Assembly: GCA_038882955.1 (NCBI GenBank)
Contig: JAVZNC010000005.1
Coordinates: 32,001 to 96,000, forward strand
From: Candidatus Bathyarchaeia archaeon
Lineage (GTDB): Archaea; Thermoproteota; Bathyarchaeia; Bathyarchaeales; Bathycorpusculaceae
Reading direction: 5' to 3'
DNA: 64,000 bases
Made by a program: the position numbers and the translations under genes. Position 1 is the first letter of the stretch. Each line of letters opens with the position of its first letter. Below are positions 58,246 to 64,000 of this stretch, piece after piece. The notes under the pieces are model-generated. The model saw nothing but the letters and a program-made list of their open reading frames with translations, was not told where the DNA came from and ran no database searches.

Positions 58246-59610
58246 TTGCCCATCCTACCAATAGACACGGGGCGCTACGGCACTCCCGAAATGCGGCGAA
58301 TATTTGAAGAGGAAACGCGAATCCAGAAAATGCTTGATGTGGAGGCTGCATTGGCTTGGGCGCACGCTGAAGTTGGCAACATCCCGTGCAAGGACGCGGA
58401 CAAAATAATCAGCATGGCTTCCACAAAATACGTTAAGCTTAGTAGGATAAAGGAGATTGAACGCGAAATAAAACATGATGTTATGGCTATTGTTAGGGCT
58501 TTGGCTGAAGTTTGCGGAAAAAGTGGCGCATACGTGCACTTCGGCGCAACAAGCTACGACATCGTGGACACGGCAAACGCCCTCCAACTGAAAGAGGCTT
58601 TAGAACTAATTGAGAAGAGGCTTAACAGCCTTGAAGAGGTTTTGATGGAAAAAGCCGTACAGTATAGGGATACTATTATGATTGGAAGAACTCATGGACA
58701 ACACGCCCTGCCAATAACCTTAGGCTTCAAATTTGCGGTTTGGATGCGGGGAATCTCAAGGCACATTGAAAGGCTTAGGCAATGCAAAGAACGCGCCTTA
58801 GTTGGCAAAATGAGCGGCGCCGTGGGAACACAGGCTGGTTTGGGCGCAAACGCCATGAAAGTTCAGGAGCTTGTCATGCAAAGGTTGGGAATTAAACCCG
58901 CTGACATTTCAACGCAGATTGTGCAGCGCGACCACCACGCTGAAGTTGTATGTCTTCTCGCGCTTATTGCTTCTTCTCTTGAGAATTTCGCCACTGAAAT
59001 TCGGGAGCTTCAGAGACCAGAAATAGGCGAGTTGGCGGAACCTTTTGAGGTTGAGAGGCAAGTTGGCAGTTCAACCATGCCGCATAAGCGTAATCCAGAA
59101 ACATGTGAGAGAATCTGCGGCTTAGCCAGAATAGTGCGAAGTCTAGTTGTTCCAGCCTTGGAGAACATTATCACATGGCATGAACGCGATTTAACACAGT
59201 CTTCTGCGGAGCGCTTCATTTTCCCAGAAGCATGCATAATAGCGGATTACATGCTTTTCCTGATGGCGAATATAATTGCGAATCTGCATGTTAATGAGAA
59301 GCGTATGCGGGAAAATTTGGGGCTAACGCAGGGGCGCGCAATGTCAGAGGCTGTCATGATAGCGTTAACGAGAAAAGGCATTAGCCGCCAAGAGGCGCAT
59401 GAACTTCTCAGAAAGTTGGCGGTGAAAAGCGAGTCTGAAGGGCGACATTTCAAAGAAGTTCTCCTTGAAGATAAGACTGTAAGTTCCCAGCTTAGTGCGG
59501 AAGAGATTGACGCGGCATTGAATCCTTCGAATTATCTTGGCACAGCAATAGAACAAGTCAACCTTATGGTTGAGAAGACGAGGAAAGAGCGAAAAGCCCG
59601 CGGCATCTAA
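58246..59610 (+). CDS. purB: Adenylosuccinate lyase
   Basis: HDVMA, HFGATSYDI, GRTHGQHA, GAVGT, GSSTMPHKRNP, HERDL. Confidence 0.96.
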   Translation: MPILPIDTGRYGTPEMRRIFEEETRIQKMLDVEAALAWAHAEVGNIPCKDADKIISMASTKYVKLSRIKEIEREIKHDVMAIVRALAEVCGKSGAYVHFGATSYDIVDTANALQLKEALELIEKRLNSLEEVLMEKAVQYRDTIMIGRTHGQHALPITLGFKFAVWMRGISRHIERLRQCKERALVGKMSGAVGTQAGLGANAMKVQELVMQRLGIKPADISTQIVQRDHHAEVVCLLALIASSLENFATEIRELQRPEIGELAEPFEVERQVGSSTMPHKRNPETCERICGLARIVRSLVVPALENIITWHERDLTQSSAERFIFPEACIIADYMLFLMANIIANLHVNEKRMRENLGLTQGRAMSEAVMIALTRKGISRQEAHELLRKLAVKSESEGRHFKEVLLEDKTVSSQLSAEEIDAALNPSNYLGTAIEQVNLMVEKTRKERKARGI

Positions 59611-61838
59611 TATTCCGTTAGTGCCTTTTGTTTCCAAACGTTTTCCTTTTCAAGTTTTTCCCAAGTTTCCTTTTTTACGAAGCCGCCGACCTGCTCCTTT
59701 ATTTTCTTCGCTAGTCTCGGTCCGATGAGTGGCAAGTTCATAAGGTCTTCGATGGCTGCCAATTTTATGTCTTCTATTGTTTTGTATCCAGCGTTGTAGA
59801 GTATGCGCCCGCGCACTCTGCCGACGCCTTCCAACTTCACGATGGGCAGCAACTCCTTCTTAACGCCTTTTTCCACGCGTTCCATAAGCTCAAGAGCCAG
59901 TGGCAAAATTTCCTTGTTGCCAAAAAGCACGCCCAACTCGTGTGTTGCGTAAAGGAGCCATTTGGCGTTTTCCACGGTTCTATACAAGTCGCCTGGCTGT
60001 GTCCTAAACCGTTCTATTATTTCGTCTTCGCTTTTCTCTTCTATCCAAGCGTTTAGAACCATCGCCGTTTTAACTTCGCCCAAAAACTGCTCGTAGGCGA
60101 TGCGATCTTCCCACTCGTCTGGCACATCAACAAGCAACTCGTCTCTGTGCTGTTCCATGAAGACTGCAATTTCGTCCAGTTCACGGGAAAACGGCCTCAG
60201 TATTGGTCCCATGTCTGGCGTGTGCGAGATTAGGTGGAGGAGGCTGAACTCTGTTAGGTATGCGGGTTTCTGCCTTAACGCGTTGCGTATGATAACCGCC
60301 GAAACTGGGTCTATGTAGAGTTCGCTTACGCGTTTTCCGAACGTTGTTGCATAGATGTTTTCGCCTGCAACGTCAATCATTTCCTCGTCGTAAAGGTACT
60401 TGAGAATCTTGGCGATTATGCTCTTCATCGCGCCCGTTTCGTATTGGTAAGCGTAGAATGTTTTGCCGAAAAACTCGTAGATTCCACGTTCAGTGTGGGC
60501 GAAATCCGCGGCAATCGTAGCCAAAACATGAGACCTTAATATGCGTTCTACCGCCAGTCTAGACCATATGCGTTCTGGACTTGCCAAAATGTAGCTTTCC
60601 ATGAGATAATCGGCTTCATCACTAGTTTTAGCAATGAGAATAGCCTCACCAACCTTGTCGTATTTTGGTCTTCCAGCTCTACCAGCCATCTGCTTATACT
60701 CCAAAACGCTAATTGGGTAATAGCCATAACCAGGTTCATACCGCCTATAATCTTGGATAACCACTGTTCTTGCGGGCAAGTTCACACCGAAAGCCAACGT
60801 AGGCGTGGCAGTCAAAACCTTAATCTTCCCTTCGCGAAACGCGTCCTCTATTAGTTTTCGATGTGCGCCGCCCAGACCTGCATGATGAAAAGCTGTTCCA
60901 CGCTTAACGAGTTCCGCCAATGTTTCACTTATGCGCGTTTTTTCTCCAGCAGCCAAAATCTTCTCTGCTTCGTGCTCGAGAGAACGCTTTATAGGCTTTG
61001 ACAGAACTTCCTCGATTTCGCCAGCAACTTTCTTCGCTAACACAACGGCGTTTTTCCGTGTCGAAGCAAAAATTAACGCTTGACCGCCCGCTTTAACGGT
61101 GCTTAATGCCAAGTTTATCGTTGAATTCCTTGTTTTCCTCTCAATTTTGTGTGCGTCTCCATCTTTAAATTGAACTTCATCGTGCAGGAGAACGCCTTCT
61201 TTTAGGAGTATTGGACGCCACTCCGTTGTGATATAGCCCGCTTTAAGCCAAGCCGCAATTTCCTCAACATTGTTTATTGTGGCGCTTAAAGCCAAAATCT
61301 GCACATCCGGGTTTATTTGCATAAACCTAGCCAAAACAACCTCAAGCGTTGGTCCCCTTTCCGCATCGTTAAGCAAGTGCACCTCGTCAGCTACTATAAG
61401 CGAAATTTCATCCATCCACTTGGCTCTATGCCTCAAAAGCGAATCCGCCTTCTCGTTGGTTGTCACTATTACGTCGTATCTTTCCAGCCACGGGTCGCTA
61501 CTATCAAAGTCGCCGGTGCTTATGCCAACACGCACCCTTCCGCCGCTGGATTTCCTAAGCGAAATGTACTTCTTGAACTCCTCAAACTTCTCGTTAGCCA
61601 AAGCCCTCAAAGGTGTTAGGTAAATAACCTTCCCATTCTTCTCCAAAACATGCTTTAAGGCGCATAACTCGGCAACCAAAGTTTTGCCAGAAGCAGTTGG
61701 ACTAGCCAAAACAAGGTTACGCCCATCCAAAGCCCCAGCTCTAACAGCTTCTTCCTGCGGCGGATAAAGTTCAACAATTCCGCATTTAATGAGCACTTCT
61801 TTAACTGACTCTGGAACCGGCAATTCTGTTATTCTCAA
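59607..61838 (-). CDS. hel308: ATP-dependent DNA helicase Hel308 (Hjm, Ski2-like)
   Basis: LYPPQ, PTASGKT, DEVH, LSAT, FHHAGL, TPTLAFGVNLPA, QMAGRAGRP, SELYIDP, C-terminal HhH. Confidence 0.95.
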   Translation of the reverse strand: MRITELPVPESVKEVLIKCGIVELYPPQEEAVRAGALDGRNLVLASPTASGKTLVAELCALKHVLEKNGKVIYLTPLRALANEKFEEFKKYISLRKSSGGRVRVGISTGDFDSSDPWLERYDVIVTTNEKADSLLRHRAKWMDEISLIVADEVHLLNDAERGPTLEVVLARFMQINPDVQILALSATINNVEEIAAWLKAGYITTEWRPILLKEGVLLHDEVQFKDGDAHKIERKTRNSTINLALSTVKAGGQALIFASTRKNAVVLAKKVAGEIEEVLSKPIKRSLEHEAEKILAAGEKTRISETLAELVKRGTAFHHAGLGGAHRKLIEDAFREGKIKVLTATPTLAFGVNLPARTVVIQDYRRYEPGYGYYPISVLEYKQMAGRAGRPKYDKVGEAILIAKTSDEADYLMESYILASPERIWSRLAVERILRSHVLATIAADFAHTERGIYEFFGKTFYAYQYETGAMKSIIAKILKYLYDEEMIDVAGENIYATTFGKRVSELYIDPVSAVIIRNALRQKPAYLTEFSLLHLISHTPDMGPILRPFSRELDEIAVFMEQHRDELLVDVPDEWEDRIAYEQFLGEVKTAMVLNAWIEEKSEDEIIERFRTQPGDLYRTVENAKWLLYATHELGVLFGNKEILPLALELMERVEKGVKKELLPIVKLEGVGRVRGRILYNAGYKTIEDIKLAAIEDLMNLPLIGPRLAKKIKEQVGGFVKKETWEKLEKENVWKQKALTEY

Positions 61839-62055
61839 ATTTACACGCCTATTCTCCTATGCAAACTCTAAAAGAGTAACGCGAATTTAAAACATTATTG
61901 AAAATTCTAGAGGGGAGGGGGTAGAGAAAATAAAACTGAAAAACCGTCCAAATTCTATAAGAGAATGGAACGATGTTTAATCACTCGTGGAGCCAAATAC
62001 CTTTTTCTATAAGCTGAAACCTAATAAGTTATGGTTAGCGCAAGGACTTGAAAAA

Positions 62056-63282
62056 ATGATTGAAAACGTTAGAGAACTCCTAAAAGCACATGAGGGAATA
62101 AAAAGGGAAGTCTACCTAGACATTGAAAACTCCAGCTTCGTCCCAGAAGAAGTTGTTGAAGCGATGCTCCCATATTATAATAGGCGGGCGTATGGCAACC
62201 CAACATTAACGCATAAGCCAGGATGGGAAGCCCTCGAAACAATAATGGAACAAACGCAAAAAATCGCAAACTTCCTCGGATGCAAAACACTCGAGGAAAT
62301 CACTTTTACGCCAGGTGAAACAGAAGCCAACAACTTGGCGCTGATGGGCGCCGCGTTTCCCATGCGAAGCAAAGGCAAGAAAATTGTCATTTCAGAAATA
62401 GAGCCAATAAGCATAATACACGTTACAGAGATGCTTCAAAAATACGGCTTCTCCACAGTGAAAGTGCCAGTCGACGAAGAAGGCTTCATAAAACTTGAAA
62501 AGCTGAAGGAAGCCGTTGACAAAGAGACAGTCCTAGCAAGCTTCGCGTTGGTAAACAATGAAATTGGAACAATACAGCCAATAAAAGAAGCAATAGAAAT
62601 AGTTAAAGACAAAAACCCAGAAGCGCTTTTCCATACAGACGCGTCGGACACCTACGGAAAAATAAACTTCAACGTTAAAAGCCTAAACGTCGACTTAGCC
62701 ACAATAAGCAGCTACAAAATCTTGGGTCCACGCGGAATAGGCGCGCTATACGTGAAAGAGGGCGTTAACATCGAAAAGATTCTGGAAGGACAAATTGGAA
62801 CACAAAAGTTATGGCCAGGCGTCGAAAATACTCCGCTTATAGTTGGTTTTGCAAAGGCTTCCGAGCTTGCATTTCAAAATTTTAACGAAAACGTGCGTTA
62901 CATGCGGGGATTACGAGACAGACTATTGAATGGCATAATGGAAAGAGTTTCAGATGTCAAGCTTAATGGGCCTATGGGCGACAGGCGGGCGCCAGACAAC
63001 TTGAACATAAGCTTTCTCAAATGCGAAGGCGAGGCCCTAACGATAGAGCTTAGCCTAAACGGTGTTTATGTTTCAAGTGGAAGCGCATGCACGAGAAGGC
63101 TTCTTCAGCCCAGCCATGTTCTTGTTGCCATCGGAAGAAAGTTTGAGGAAGCCCACGGAAGCATATTAATGAAGGTTACGCGTTACCATAAGGAAGAGGA
63201 TATAAACCATGTTTTGGACGTTATTCCAAATGCTGTTCAAAGGATAAGGGGGATAACTGGTTCAACAGGAGTTGAGAAATGA
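62056..63282 (+). CDS. iscS: IscS/NifS-family cysteine desulfurase homologue with degenerate PLP-site motifs
   Basis: NNEIGTIQP, HTDA, YKILGPRGIG, VSSGSACT (catalytic Cys); several conserved residues altered (see findings); start ATG 62056. Confidence 0.8.
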   Translation: MIENVRELLKAHEGIKREVYLDIENSSFVPEEVVEAMLPYYNRRAYGNPTLTHKPGWEALETIMEQTQKIANFLGCKTLEEITFTPGETEANNLALMGAAFPMRSKGKKIVISEIEPISIIHVTEMLQKYGFSTVKVPVDEEGFIKLEKLKEAVDKETVLASFALVNNEIGTIQPIKEAIEIVKDKNPEALFHTDASDTYGKINFNVKSLNVDLATISSYKILGPRGIGALYVKEGVNIEKILEGQIGTQKLWPGVENTPLIVGFAKASELAFQNFNENVRYMRGLRDRLLNGIMERVSDVKLNGPMGDRRAPDNLNISFLKCEGEALTIELSLNGVYVSSGSACTRRLLQPSHVLVAIGRKFEEAHGSILMKVTRYHKEEDINHVLDVIPNAVQRIRGITGSTGVEK

Positions 63283-63782
63283 TGTCGCGGATGCCCCTGC
63301 CATACAACCCAAAGGTTCTTGAGTTGTTTAGGAACCCAAAGAATCTTGGCAAGATGGAAGATGCCACCGTAACGGCGGTTGCTGGAAATCCAGCATGCGG
63401 AGACATGATAACCTTTTACCTAAAAATAAACGAGCAAGACATCATCGAAAAGGCTACATTTGAAAGTTACGGATGCGCCGCAAACATAGCCACATCAAGC
63501 ATAGTTACAGAAATGGTTAAAGGCATGAAACTTGAAGACGCTTGGAAAATCTCATGGAAAAGCGTGGCAGAAGCAGTCGGTGGACTGCCAAGCATAAAGT
63601 TCCACTGTGGCATTCTCGCCGTTGGCGCATTGAAAAGAGCCATACGAAAATACTACAAAGAGAAAGGCGCAGCGCCAAGCTGGATTCAAGAAGAACTAAG
63701 CTTTGAAGAGAAACAGGCACTTGAAGAGGAAGAATTAGCGCGGATTCTATCAAAGAGAATGAAATTGGCTGAGGGAAAATAA
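63279..63782 (+). CDS. iscU: Fe-S cluster scaffold IscU/NifU-N
   Basis: F.NPKN.G, GNPACGD, FESYGCAA.IA..S, LPSIKFHC; acidic/helical C-terminal extension. Confidence 0.92.
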   Translation: MMSRMPLPYNPKVLELFRNPKNLGKMEDATVTAVAGNPACGDMITFYLKINEQDIIEKATFESYGCAANIATSSIVTEMVKGMKLEDAWKISWKSVAEAVGGLPSIKFHCGILAVGALKRAIRKYYKEKGAAPSWIQEELSFEEKQALEEEELARILSKRMKLAEGK

Positions 63783-64000
63783 TGTTTGACCCCTACAAGA
63801 TTCGCGAGGATTTCCCAATTTTAAAGCGCAAAGTAAACGGTCACCCGCTGATTTATTTTGATAATGCCGCTACATCGCAAAAGCCGAAACAAGTAATCGA
63901 AGCAGTAAAAAACTTTTACGAGATGCACAACGCAAACGTCCACAGAGCAGTTCACACACTATCGCAGGAAGCATCTGAACTTTATGAAAGGGCACATGAG
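63782..64000 (+). CDS. sufS: SufS-family (group II) cysteine desulfurase, 3' truncated by window edge
   Basis: Not in the ORF track. Translates MFDPYKIREDFPILKRKVNGHPLIYFDNAATSQKP…NANVHRAVH; TAATG overlap with iscU. Confidence 0.9.
   Translation, partial: MFDPYKIREDFPILKRKVNGHPLIYFDNAATSQKPKQVIEAVKNFYEMHNANVHRAVHTLSQEASELYERAHE

Noticed and set aside
61899-61925. Replication origin (ORB) suggested by the G-string
   Set aside because: Lacks the TCCA..GAAAC ORB core and there is no cdc6/orc1 nearby; retained only as a dispersed motif.
1-64000. CRISPR array, rRNA, transposases, defence systems
   Set aside because: No regularly spaced repeats, rRNA-like segments or recognisable mobile/defence proteins were found by inspection.

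Overview
Gene-dense archaeal chromosomal segment with about 62 CDS and 1 tRNA. I found no rRNA, CRISPR array, transposase or integrase. Gene content points to a TACK/Thermoproteota archaeon, most likely Bathyarchaeia (inference): TFE, aMBF1, NAC, aTrm56, Hel308, EndoQ, archaeal-type ThrRS/ProRS, bifunctional FBP aldolase/phosphatase, two tungsten AOR-family enzymes and DUF5752-like domains. Most of the window is housekeeping: translation, amino-acid and sugar catabolism, and Fe-S assembly. The most notable items are: (1) a ribophorin-I (RPN1/Ost1)-like membrane protein with a cytoplasmic helical tail; (2) a split RLAN + RimK ATP-grasp / GCS2 ligase / YkgJ cluster abutting two convergent deoxyhypusine-synthase paralogues, a candidate peptide/polyamine-conjugate pathway; (3) an alpha-glucan module in two loci sharing a DUF5752-like domain, including a wHTH-DUF5752 putative regulator and a half-GT4 protein; (4) an IscS with a degenerate PLP site upstream of IscU and SufS; (5) hflX and the GCS2 gene lacking canonical start codons; (6) a tRNA-Arg(CCG) with a BHB intron at position 29/30. 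All family assignments come from motifs recognised by eye; no searches were run.
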